A stretch of 64,000 nt of DNA from an uncultured bacterium (GTDB lineage Bacteria; Actinomycetota; Acidimicrobiia; Spongiisociales; UBA5794). Position numbers and translations under genes: made by a program. The notes under the pieces are model-generated. The model ran no database searches. It saw only the letters and a list, made by a program, of their open reading frames with translations, and was not told the origin of the DNA. Shown here one piece after another: positions 47,697-56,321 of the stretch (positions are counted from its first letter, which is position 1; every line of letters begins with the position of its first letter). The DNA lies in the NCBI GenBank assembly GCA_963801165.1, contig CAWDDT010000005.1, positions 416,001-480,000 of the forward strand. Reading direction: 5' to 3'.

Positions 47697-49400
47697 ATGG
47701 CCTGGTGGAGGCGGATCACCGATCCGGACGAGGTGATCGTGGTCGACCGCGTAGAGACCGTGGCTCGCGGTATCGCCCGCACCTGGAGCCTGCTGGCCAT
47801 TGCCGTGTTCGTCGTCCTCGGCCTCACGGTAGGCATCCCGCACACACCGGATATGGAGCAGTGGGAGAAGACCGTGCAATTGGCCACCCTCGGCGTGATC
47901 GTCGCCGGCGCCGTGGTCGCATGGCTCCTCGAAGGCGTGGGCGGAGCGGTCATGCTCGTGGGGGCCGCCGCTCTTGGGGATATGGCAACGCTCGAGCATC
48001 AACCGGTGGTGGCGCTCATTCCCGCATTGGTGTTCTCGATCCCGGCCATCTGCTTCCTGATCGCCTGGAAGCGCACCCGCTCGATGCTGTCCCTCCTGAT
48101 CCTCGGTGCAGCCATCGTCGTCGTGCTCGGTGCCGGTGGGACCGTCGCCTACTCCACTTATCAGCACGGCTACGGTCCCAGCCACCCGCAATCGGCGCTC
48201 CCGCCACTTCCCGAAACGCCTGTCGTCTGGATGTGGTCCGGTGGCGTCACGGACTCGGCCGCCGTCGTCACCGCCCGTATCGATGGCGACGACGCTGAGC
48301 TCGAGCTCGCGACAGAGGCCGGCGGCGCCGGCACGTACACGGGAACACAGACCGACGGCGTGTGGCGATTCTCGCTCTCGGACCTCACCCCGATCACCAC
48401 TTACAGCTACCGATTCGTCGTCGACGGCGTCCTCGAGCCGCTTCGGGTTGGGCAGTTCCGGACGTTCTCTACCGACCCGATGAGCTTCACCATCGCCCTC
48501 GGCTCCTGCGCCCGACTCGGGTCAGCAGGCAAGGTCTTCGAGACCATCCTCGCCATGGACCCCGACCTCTTCATTTCGACCGGCGACTTCTTCTACGCCG
48601 ACTACATCACTACCGCCTCACAATTCGCGGCAGCCTACGACGACACGCTCACAAGCCCCCCGCAAGCTGCCCTCTACGCCGCCGTGCCGATCGCATACAC
48701 GTGGGACGATCACGACTACGGTGGCAACGACTCCGACTCCACCGCTCCGGCACGGGACCAGGCCCTCTCCGCCTACGAAAACCTCGTTCCGCACTATCCG
48801 CTCACCGACACCGGCGCCATCAACCAGACGTTCTCGATCGGTCGGGTCCGGATCATCCTGCTCGACGGTCGCTCTGCCCGGGAGCCCGACACGCTCCCCG
48901 ACGGACCGAACAAGACGATGCTCGGAACAGCGCAGCTCGACTGGTTCGAGAACGAGCTCCTCACCTCGTCGCAGAACCATGCCCTCGTCATCGTCACCAC
49001 CTCAGTTCCGTGGATCTCGGCACCGATCGACGGTGGGGACGATTGGGGTGGCTTCACCACCGAACGTCGTACCATCGCCAACTTCCTCGCCGACAACGAC
49101 ATCGACAACGTGATGATGATCGCCGGTGACGCTCATATGCTCGCCATCGACGACGGCACCAACACCGACTACTCGGATAGAGGCGGCCACGGTTTCCCTC
49201 TGTTCCATGCGGCGGCGCTCGATCGGCCCGGCAGCTTCAAAGGCGGCCCGTACAGCGAAGGGGCCTTTCCCGGAGGAGGGCAATTCGGTGTGATCACGGT
49301 GACCGACGACGGCGGCCCGATTCTCCACGTCACACTGGCGGGGTACAACTGGACCGGCGCCCGGCTAATCGACTACAACTTCGAGGTGGCGTCACCATGA
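47697..49400 (+). CDS. phoD: PhoD-family alkaline phosphatase with N-terminal multi-TM anchor
   Basis: GSC, GDFFY, WDDHDY, LDGRS.R, MLG..QL.W and GDAH; the first ~150 aa hold about 4-5 TM helices. Confidence 0.82.
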   Translation: MAWWRRITDPDEVIVVDRVETVARGIARTWSLLAIAVFVVLGLTVGIPHTPDMEQWEKTVQLATLGVIVAGAVVAWLLEGVGGAVMLVGAAALGDMATLEHQPVVALIPALVFSIPAICFLIAWKRTRSMLSLLILGAAIVVVLGAGGTVAYSTYQHGYGPSHPQSALPPLPETPVVWMWSGGVTDSAAVVTARIDGDDAELELATEAGGAGTYTGTQTDGVWRFSLSDLTPITTYSYRFVVDGVLEPLRVGQFRTFSTDPMSFTIALGSCARLGSAGKVFETILAMDPDLFISTGDFFYADYITTASQFAAAYDDTLTSPPQAALYAAVPIAYTWDDHDYGGNDSDSTAPARDQALSAYENLVPHYPLTDTGAINQTFSIGRVRIILLDGRSAREPDTLPDGPNKTMLGTAQLDWFENELLTSSQNHALVIVTTSVPWISAPIDGGDDWGGFTTERRTIANFLADNDIDNVMMIAGDAHMLAIDDGTNTDYSDRGGHGFPLFHAAALDRPGSFKGGPYSEGAFPGGGQFGVITVTDDGGPILHVTLAGYNWTGARLIDYNFEVASP

Positions 49401-51976
49401 CCCTTGTCGCCCGCCCTCGCAATCGTCTGTTCACCTACCTCGAGGGCTCGGGCCATACCGTGGAAGAGGTCGGAGGCAAGGGCGCCGGTCTCGATCGGCT
49501 CGTCGCGGCCGGTCTGCCCGTCCCCACCGCCGCCGTACTGACAACAGACGCCTACCGGCTGGCGACCGAAGAGCGCAGCCTGCACCTCCTGATCGAGGAT
49601 CTCCGAACGTCGTCGCTACCCGCCCCCGACGGTCTCGCAGCCGAGGGTGCCGCCATCGAGCGGACCTTCCTGGCTGCGCCACTCCCGGAAACGATCACCA
49701 CTGCCATAGCCAGGATCGGCAGAGAAATGCTCCCCGACGGGCCGGTGGCCGTCCGCTCCTCCGCCACCACAGAGGACACGACATCGGCCTCATTCGCCGG
49801 GCAATACCTGACCATCACGGGGGTGAGCGGGCTACGCGAGCTGGAGCGGGCCATCCGCCGGTGCTGGGCGTCGCTTTGGGCTCCGGCGGCTCGCGCGTAC
49901 AGGAGACATCAGACGATAGACGAGCAGCATGTCGCCATGGCGGTGGTGATACAAACGATGGTCGACCCTATTTGGTCCGGGGTCGCCTTCACCAGTGATC
50001 CCGAACGCGGCCGGCATCTGATCCGCGTGGAGGCCGTCGCCGGGCCCGGCGAGGCCCTCGTATCGGGGCGCGTAACCCCCGACGACTACACGATCCGTAA
50101 GGACACGCTCCAAATCGTGCCCGGCAACGGCGCCGAACCACTCGACTTCCTTGAAGACCTGAGCCGGCTCGCTATCGACATCGAGCGCATGGCACACGCT
50201 CCTCAGGACATCGAGTGGGCCTACACGCTGACCGGGTTGACCCTACTCCAGACCCGGCCGATCACAGCGGCCGCAGACATCTCCACATACACCGACCGTC
50301 TCGCCACGACTGCTCACCCGCAAGCGGTCTACACCCCCCACGGCATCATCGAGATGCTGCCCGGCGTCCTGTCACCACTGCTGTGGACGATCAATGCCCC
50401 GATGCTCGAGGATGCGTTGCGCACCACGCTCGCCTGCCTCGGCGGCGAGACGCCCGACCGGTCCCGCAGACTCGTTTGCCGGTTCCGCGGCAGGGCCGCC
50501 CTCGATCTCTCGGCGCTCGGCGATATCGCAGCCTCGCTCCCCGGGGGGAGCGCAGCAGAAGTGGAGCGCCAGTACCTGGGACGACCACTCTCTGCAGAGG
50601 TCGTACCCGGAAAGAGCGGGATCCACATGCCCGCGGCGTTTCGTATGCGCGGGGTGCATAACCGGATTGCCGACGAGGTTGCCCTCGTTGCCGCGGCGGC
50701 CCGCGGGCTCAACGCCATCGGTCTCGACCTCGAGGCGTTGCCGGTGCGGCGGCTGGTCGCCTACCGCCGGCGAATCCGCGATCTCGCCTGGCGGGGATAT
50801 GCGGCAGAAGTCGGAGCCTCCAGTGCGGCGGCGACGGCCTACCACGCCCTCGAACTGCTGCTTGCCAGGTGGTACCCGAAAGACGAGGCCGCACGGTGGG
50901 CACAACGGACCACCAGCGGCAAAAGCGCAGTCGGGGCGGCCAGAGCGAAAGCGCTCGCCGATGTGCTCTCCGAACATGCGACAAACACGATAAGGGACGT
51001 GATCACGGGGGACGCAGAGGACAGGAGGGAGCGCATCGCTGCCACCGGGCCGGATGGATCGCGGTTCCTCACAGCACTCGACACCGTCGTCAATTCCATG
51101 GGATCACAGGCGCTCTACGGCGACATCACCTGGGCCGAAAACGAATGGTGGATCTGGCGTCAACTACAACTCCTCGTGGCCGCACGGGATCCCGGCCACC
51201 ACCGGGATGCGGATGAGATTGCCTTGCTGTGCCGCGAGCTAGCGTCTCGCCCCGGCTGGCGACGTACCCGGATCCTCACCGGTCAGTTCGTCGATGTCCG
51301 GATCCGTCTGCTCCGCCGGCAGGTAGCCGAGACGGCACGGTTGCTCGAGCTTCGGGAGAAGGCCAAGGACGCGCTGCTCGTGCTCGGTGGGGAAGAGCGT
51401 CGCGCCATCCTGGAAGCAGCGAACCGTATGGTCGACTCCCGGCTGCTGGCTCGTCCCGAGGAAGTCCATTTTCTGACCGATGCCGAACTCGAAGCGATGC
51501 TGTTCGGCGGACAAGGTGCCGACAAGGACGCATTGTCCGATCGACGGCGTGTGGCTGCGAGACAAGCTAGGGACCGCGCCCTCCCCGACTGGTTCCGTGG
51601 CGACCCCGACGATCAGGAACCGATTGCCGTCGTTCCGGGGAACCGGATCTCGGGTTGGGCAGCAAGCCCCGGCCGGGCCGAGGGCACCGTACGCATCGTC
51701 GACTCGTTGGCCGCAGGGACCCGCCTGCAACATGGTGACGTACTCGTGGCGCATGCCACTGACCCGTCATGGACTCCGCTGTTGCTCACGGCCGGTGCGA
51801 TTGTGCTCGAGACCGGGGGCCCGCTGGCACATGTCGCGATTGTCGCCCGGGAGTTCGGGCTTCCCGCGGTACTGAATGTCCCGTCTGCCACCTCCATCCT
51901 CACCGAGGGAGAGACGGTTCGAGTTGACGGCAGCCGCGGCGTGGTCGACAGGATCGGGGACGGGAGCAGCGCATGA
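49397..51976 (+). CDS. PEP/pyruvate-binding (PPDK_N ATP-grasp) plus PEP-utiliser phosphohistidine domain protein (Rph/PigC-like architecture)
   Basis: GGKG, AVRSSA, EDTTSASFAGQY, QDIEWA, LQTRPIT, and C-terminal TDPSWTP...GGPLAHVAIVAREFGLPAV. Confidence 0.88.
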   Translation: MTLVARPRNRLFTYLEGSGHTVEEVGGKGAGLDRLVAAGLPVPTAAVLTTDAYRLATEERSLHLLIEDLRTSSLPAPDGLAAEGAAIERTFLAAPLPETITTAIARIGREMLPDGPVAVRSSATTEDTTSASFAGQYLTITGVSGLRELERAIRRCWASLWAPAARAYRRHQTIDEQHVAMAVVIQTMVDPIWSGVAFTSDPERGRHLIRVEAVAGPGEALVSGRVTPDDYTIRKDTLQIVPGNGAEPLDFLEDLSRLAIDIERMAHAPQDIEWAYTLTGLTLLQTRPITAAADISTYTDRLATTAHPQAVYTPHGIIEMLPGVLSPLLWTINAPMLEDALRTTLACLGGETPDRSRRLVCRFRGRAALDLSALGDIAASLPGGSAAEVERQYLGRPLSAEVVPGKSGIHMPAAFRMRGVHNRIADEVALVAAAARGLNAIGLDLEALPVRRLVAYRRRIRDLAWRGYAAEVGASSAAATAYHALELLLARWYPKDEAARWAQRTTSGKSAVGAARAKALADVLSEHATNTIRDVITGDAEDRRERIAATGPDGSRFLTALDTVVNSMGSQALYGDITWAENEWWIWRQLQLLVAARDPGHHRDADEIALLCRELASRPGWRRTRILTGQFVDVRIRLLRRQVAETARLLELREKAKDALLVLGGEERRAILEAANRMVDSRLLARPEEVHFLTDAELEAMLFGGQGADKDALSDRRRVAARQARDRALPDWFRGDPDDQEPIAVVPGNRISGWAASPGRAEGTVRIVDSLAAGTRLQHGDVLVAHATDPSWTPLLLTAGAIVLETGGPLAHVAIVAREFGLPAVLNVPSATSILTEGETVRVDGSRGVVDRIGDGSSA

Positions 51977-52503
51977 CATTCGCCGTGTTCTTCCCGAGCC
52001 TCATGGGTGTGGGGATCATCGTGTCGGGGACGCTGCTCCTCTCCGACTGGCTGCGGCGACTCTTCCCTCAGGTGCGCTTGCGTAGAGAGCATGCGGTCGC
52101 GGCCGGCGCCTACGGAGCGATCACGGATGCGCTCGCTGCGGCCGGATACCTCCTGGCCGAGCCCGGGTTTCTCCGCCGAGTGTTGCGGCACCGACCCACG
52201 TACGTGGCCGTCGCAATCGCGGGCGCCCTTGTCGCCGCTGCCTCGGTACGGGGTGGTCTGGCACTGCACAACGACCCGCGCGTGCTCCTCGAGAGCCCGT
52301 GGGCTGTCGGCATCGCGTACGTGCTGGGTGGAGCCGCGGCCGTCCTTAGCGTCACCGGTCTGGTCATCGCTCTCTGGTATCGGAGGCTGCCCCGTCTTAT
52401 ACGGGGACTCGTCGAGGCCACGTCGCTGGGCCGCTACAACCTGCCAACCGCCACCGACCAGGCAACCTCACTGAGCAAGATCGAAAAAGGAGTTTCGCCA
52501 TGA
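51973..52503 (+). CDS. Hypothetical membrane protein (about 3 TM)
   Basis: Hydrophobic segments; ATGA overlaps on both sides. Confidence 0.72.
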   Translation: MTFAVFFPSLMGVGIIVSGTLLLSDWLRRLFPQVRLRREHAVAAGAYGAITDALAAAGYLLAEPGFLRRVLRHRPTYVAVAIAGALVAAASVRGGLALHNDPRVLLESPWAVGIAYVLGGAAAVLSVTGLVIALWYRRLPRLIRGLVEATSLGRYNLPTATDQATSLSKIEKGVSP

Positions 52504-52877
52504 AGCGAACCCTGGCAATGGTCGCCCTCATCGTCTTTCTCATCTTCACAGGCATCTACATCTTCGTGTACTTGTTTCGCGCTTTCCGCGAGACCGCACC
52601 GGTCGGTGATCCGGTCCAGATCTGGCATGGGGATCCGTTCGCCCGGGCGATCCTCGTTTCGATCTTCTTCATGATCGGTCTGCTGATCATGTTGTTTGTG
52701 ATGCTGATGCGACCGGGCGCCCATCGCGCCGGCCGGATCTCGGTGCGACCCGATCTGTGGCAGTGGCTCGTCGAACAGGGCAAACGCACCAACGAGCCTC
52801 CCGAGCGCATTGGAGAGCGGGCTATCGCCGTCTATCAAGCACGCCTCGAAGGAACCGACACCGGTGAGCACCGCTAA
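52500..52877 (+). CDS. Hypothetical two-TM protein with ribbon-helix-helix-like C-terminus
   Basis: AAGGAG RBS, two TM helices, then RISVRPDLWQWLVEQGKRTNEPPERIGERAIAVY. Confidence 0.72.
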   Translation: MKRTLAMVALIVFLIFTGIYIFVYLFRAFRETAPVGDPVQIWHGDPFARAILVSIFFMIGLLIMLFVMLMRPGAHRAGRISVRPDLWQWLVEQGKRTNEPPERIGERAIAVYQARLEGTDTGEHR

Positions 52878-52886
52878 TCGAGAGCG

Positions 52887-53354
52887 CTATTCGATCTCGT
52901 AGGCGGGCTTGGCACAGACGGTCCGGAGCGCAAAGCTCGACCGCAGCCTGATAACGCCGGGAAGACGGGACAGATAGGTGCGGTGGATCCTCTCGTAGTC
53001 CTCGACGTCGGCACACAGGATCTGGACGACGTAGTCGGCGTCTCCGGCCATGAGGTGACATGACATCACCCCGGGTACTTCCTTGACGGCCGCCTCGAAC
53101 TCGTCGAGGAGGCCCTCACGCTGGCTCGATAGCGAGATGTCGACAAACACGGACGTCGCCTTGCCGATCGTCGCCGGGTCGATAACCGCTGTGTAGCGGG
53201 CGATCACCCCCTGCTCCTCGAGTCGCCGCACCCGGCGGAGACAGGCGGAGGGGGACAGATGCACCGTCTCGGCAAGAGCAACGTTGCTGATGCGGCCGTC
53301 GTCACCCAACGCAGCCAGAATGGCTCGGTCTGTCCTGTCGAGGCGGTGTGTCAC
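52887..53354 (-). CDS. aldR: Lrp/AsnC family regulator (AldR-like)
   Basis: LDRTDRAIL..L..DGRISN..LA..V.LS.SACLRRVRRLEE.GVI and CHLMAGDADY; divergent from ald. Confidence 0.85.
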   Translation of the reverse strand: MTHRLDRTDRAILAALGDDGRISNVALAETVHLSPSACLRRVRRLEEQGVIARYTAVIDPATIGKATSVFVDISLSSQREGLLDEFEAAVKEVPGVMSCHLMAGDADYVVQILCADVEDYERIHRTYLSRLPGVIRLRSSFALRTVCAKPAYEIE

Positions 53355-53383
53355 AACAATCCTTCGCCTTGAGTCTCAGTTAC

Positions 53384-53406
53384 GCATGATTATTGCACAA
53401 TCATGC
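53384..53406. promoter_or_regulatory. Probable AldR operator
   Basis: GCATGATT-N7-AATCATGC inverted repeat containing GA-N11-TC. Confidence 0.6.
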
Positions 53407-53484
53407 ATTTCTACGCTACAAATCGCAACCACATGTCGGCAATACCGCGATATGTTTGATTCAGCCTCATCGGGAGCTGGTTCT

Positions 53485-54606
53485 GTGATCGTTGGAGTGC
53501 CCAAGGAAATCAAAGTCGCCGAACGACGGGTGGGTCTGAAGCCTCCTTCGGTCCGTGAGCTCGTCAACCACGACCAGCAGGTCATCGTCGAGACGGGTGC
53601 GGGGGCGGGTGTGGGGGCGTCCGATGCGGAGTACGAAGCTGCCGGCGCCCGGATCGTTTCGACTGCCGCCGACGTGTTCGCCACCGCGGACATGCTGGTC
53701 AAGGTCAAGGAACCACAGCCGCAGGAACGCGCCATGCTCCGCGAGGGCCAGATCCTCTTCACCTATCTCCACCTGGCTCCCGATCCGAAGCAGGCGGCCG
53801 ATCTCATCTCGAACAAGTCGATCTGTATCGCATACGAGACCGTGACCGACAACCACGGTGGCTTGCCGTTGCTGGCGCCGATGTCGCGCGTCGCCGGCCG
53901 GCTGTCGGTACAAGCGGGTGCCACCGCGCTCGAGAGCGTCAACGGCGGCTCCGGCATACTCCTCGGTGGGATCCCGGGAGTTGCGCCTGCCCTCGTGGTC
54001 GTCATCGGAGGAGGGGTCGTCGGGGTCAACGCCATCGACGTCGCTCTCGGCATGGGAGCCAACGTCACGGTCCTCGACAACGACGTCGACGTGCTCGACC
54101 GGCTCGGCCGTCACTTCGGTCCGGCGCTGACCACGATCTACTCGACGGCCGCGGCCCTCGACGAGGCCGTCATCAAGGCGGACCTGGTCATCGGAGCGGT
54201 GCTGGTGAAGGGGGCGCGAGCGCCGAAGCTGGTTACGGCGGACATGGTGGCCCGGATGAGCCCGGGCTCGGTCCTCGTCGACGTTGCCATCGATCAAGGC
54301 GGGTGTTTCGAGACGTCACACCCCACTACCCACACCGACCCCACCTTCATCGTCGACGATACCGTTCACTACTGCGTGGCCAACATGCCCGGTGCGGTGC
54401 CGAAGACCTCGACCGCAGCCCTGAACACGGTGACCCTCCCCCGCGTGCTCGCCCTGGCGACGAAGGGTGTCAAGCAGGCCCTTCTCGACGACCCGAACCT
54501 TCGCAACGGGTTGAACGTGTGTGCCGGCATGGTCACCGACGAGGCGGTCGCCAGCGAACTCGGCTACGAGTACGTGGACCCGCTCCAGGCACTCGCTTCG
54601 TTGTAA
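53485..54606 (+). CDS. ald: Alanine dehydrogenase
   Basis: IVGVPKEIK, KVKEP, FTYLHLA, LPLLAPMS, GGGVVG, DVAIDQGGC and YCVANMPG. GTG start 53485. Confidence 0.96.
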   Translation: MIVGVPKEIKVAERRVGLKPPSVRELVNHDQQVIVETGAGAGVGASDAEYEAAGARIVSTAADVFATADMLVKVKEPQPQERAMLREGQILFTYLHLAPDPKQAADLISNKSICIAYETVTDNHGGLPLLAPMSRVAGRLSVQAGATALESVNGGSGILLGGIPGVAPALVVVIGGGVVGVNAIDVALGMGANVTVLDNDVDVLDRLGRHFGPALTTIYSTAAALDEAVIKADLVIGAVLVKGARAPKLVTADMVARMSPGSVLVDVAIDQGGCFETSHPTTHTDPTFIVDDTVHYCVANMPGAVPKTSTAALNTVTLPRVLALATKGVKQALLDDPNLRNGLNVCAGMVTDEAVASELGYEYVDPLQALASL

Positions 54607-54758
54607 GGACTTCCGACGTCCGGCCGGATTTCGCCCACGGTACACAGATGAGGGCACCTGATTCTTTCTCCGCTCCGCTAGGCGGCTGTGATCGAGCCGG
54701 ATACAATCGCAGTGGGACGCTGCAAGTTGCCGATGGTGCTACGAGGAGCGGCACAGCC

Positions 54759-55163
54759 ATGGAGTACACGCTCACGCCGTCTACCGATTCGCAGTACATC
54801 ATCATCAAAGTCGTGGGCGAGTTCACTCGGCCCGAGGCGCTCAAGATAGCCAGCGACGCGTTCGAGCTCGGGCGTGAGCTGGGAATCCGGTGCCACCTGA
54901 ACGACATGACCGAAGCACGCAACGTCGACCGCGTCATCGATGACGTGTACTTCACCAGGAAGGACGTCCGGGACATCGAGGCCCGTGACGATATGGCTTG
55001 CGCCGCGGTTCTGGTCGACCCGTCAGACCATTCCCACGATTTCTACGTAGCGTTCGCCAGAGGCAACGGCATCGACATAACACTGTTCTGGGACCGCGAC
55101 GAGGCGATCGCCCATCTCCTGAAAGCCGCAAAGCGCCTCGCAACCGATCGCAGCGACGAATAG
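54759..55163 (+). CDS. Hypothetical protein (SpoIIAA/STAS-like fold suspected)
   Basis: GAGGAG RBS; YIIIKVVGE...LNDMTEA...AVLV...LFWDRDEAIAHL pattern. Confidence 0.7.
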   Translation: MEYTLTPSTDSQYIIIKVVGEFTRPEALKIASDAFELGRELGIRCHLNDMTEARNVDRVIDDVYFTRKDVRDIEARDDMACAAVLVDPSDHSHDFYVAFARGNGIDITLFWDRDEAIAHLLKAAKRLATDRSDE

Positions 55164-55308
55164 GGAGACGGACGCTCAGACGATGGCCGGTCCATCGGGG
55201 CGACTGGCGTCGAGGGTGGATGTATTCAGGGACGCCGCTGCAACGTCTCCGTCATCACAGCCCGGGTTCGCCGCGGGCCGGTTCAGCCGCGCAGGGCAGG
55301 ACGGGTCG

Positions 55309-55743
55309 TCACGACGACTCGGCGCCGGGGAGAGCCCGCCAGGCGCGATAGCCGCCGATGAGGTCGGTCGCTCCCGGCACACCGAGGTCCTGGAGGCGGG
55401 CCGCAGCAAGTGATGAGCTGTACCCGTCACTGCAGACGAGAATCACCTTCTGTCCCGGAGCGATCTCGAACGTCCTCGTCGTGCTGGAAGGTGCGAGTCG
55501 CCACTCGAGAACGGTCAGATCGACCACATGCGCGCCGGGCAACTCGCCCTCTCGATGACGTATTGCCGTGTCTCTGACATCGACGACCACGGCACCGTCA
55601 CGCATCTCCTCTGCAAGAAGCTCGGGCACGACGCGATCGAGTCGTGCCCGAGCCCGGGCGAGCAGTTCGTCAATCGAGATCGCTCGAACTGGCGATCCTA
55701 AAGCCGTAGCTCGGGACGCGTAACCACCCGGTAGAGCACCCAA
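55309..55743 (-). CDS. Rhodanese-like sulfurtransferase (true start uncertain)
   Basis: IDELL..AR..LDR, VVDVR, LEWRL.P, CSDGYSSSLAA and DLIGGYRAW. No ATG/GTG near the expected start (~55680). Confidence 0.78.
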   Translation of the reverse strand: MGALPGGYASRATALGSPVRAISIDELLARARARLDRVVPELLAEEMRDGAVVVDVRDTAIRHREGELPGAHVVDLTVLEWRLAPSSTTRTFEIAPGQKVILVCSDGYSSSLAAARLQDLGVPGATDLIGGYRAWRALPGAESS

Positions 55744-56162
55744 CCGATCAGCAGGATCACAACGCCGAGGCCGACCGCCATCGCCGACACGCCAAACGCA
55801 ATCACCGACGCATAGAGCGATGCCCTGAGGAACGACGCCGTCATTGCCGTATCACGAAGTGGGTCATCCCGGCCGAGCTGGGCATAGGTGAGCCCGCCGG
55901 TCGCATCCAGCTCGTGGTGCTTGATGGTGAGCGCTTGCTCATATGCGGTGAACGGCCCGTCCACTATCTGGCCGGCGAAGTGGTTGGCGTCGGCTGACAC
56001 GGTGATCTGCTCATCATGAAGATGATGCTTGACGTTGAACCACGTGAAGACCCCGGTTGCGGCCAGGATCAACCCCGCAACCATCACGAGAATTGCGATG
56101 ATCCGCAGAGACGAGCCAGCCGTGGCGGCATCGGGTTTGGATTCGGTGGGTGTGTCGGTCAT
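55698..56162 (-). CDS. Actinobacterial two-TM membrane protein (family often labelled 'aromatic ring-opening dioxygenase LigA')
   Basis: EQITVSADA..FAG..VDGPFTAY.QA..IKHH...TGG.TYAQL...R.T.M.ASFLRASL. Confidence 0.8.
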   Translation of the reverse strand: MTDTPTESKPDAATAGSSLRIIAILVMVAGLILAATGVFTWFNVKHHLHDEQITVSADANHFAGQIVDGPFTAYEQALTIKHHELDATGGLTYAQLGRDDPLRDTAMTASFLRASLYASVIAFGVSAMAVGLGVVILLIGWVLYRVVTRPELRL

Positions 56163-56321
56163 AGGGCCCTCTCTTCGTCGAGCTTTCGACCTGAGGCTAG
56201 GCTTTTGAAACGCGGTCTGCGACGAATCCCGGGCGTGGGATTCTTGCCGGGCCTCTACTCGCCGGTGTGGTGGCCATGGTCGATGTCGACGAGCGCCAGC
56301 ACGAATCCGGCCGTCGAGCCG

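Noticed and set aside
49397-51976. Rifamycin phosphotransferase (rph) resistance gene
   Set aside because: Same domain order, but I saw no rifamycin-associated element upstream and it is embedded in a phoD operon; the substrate cannot be assigned.
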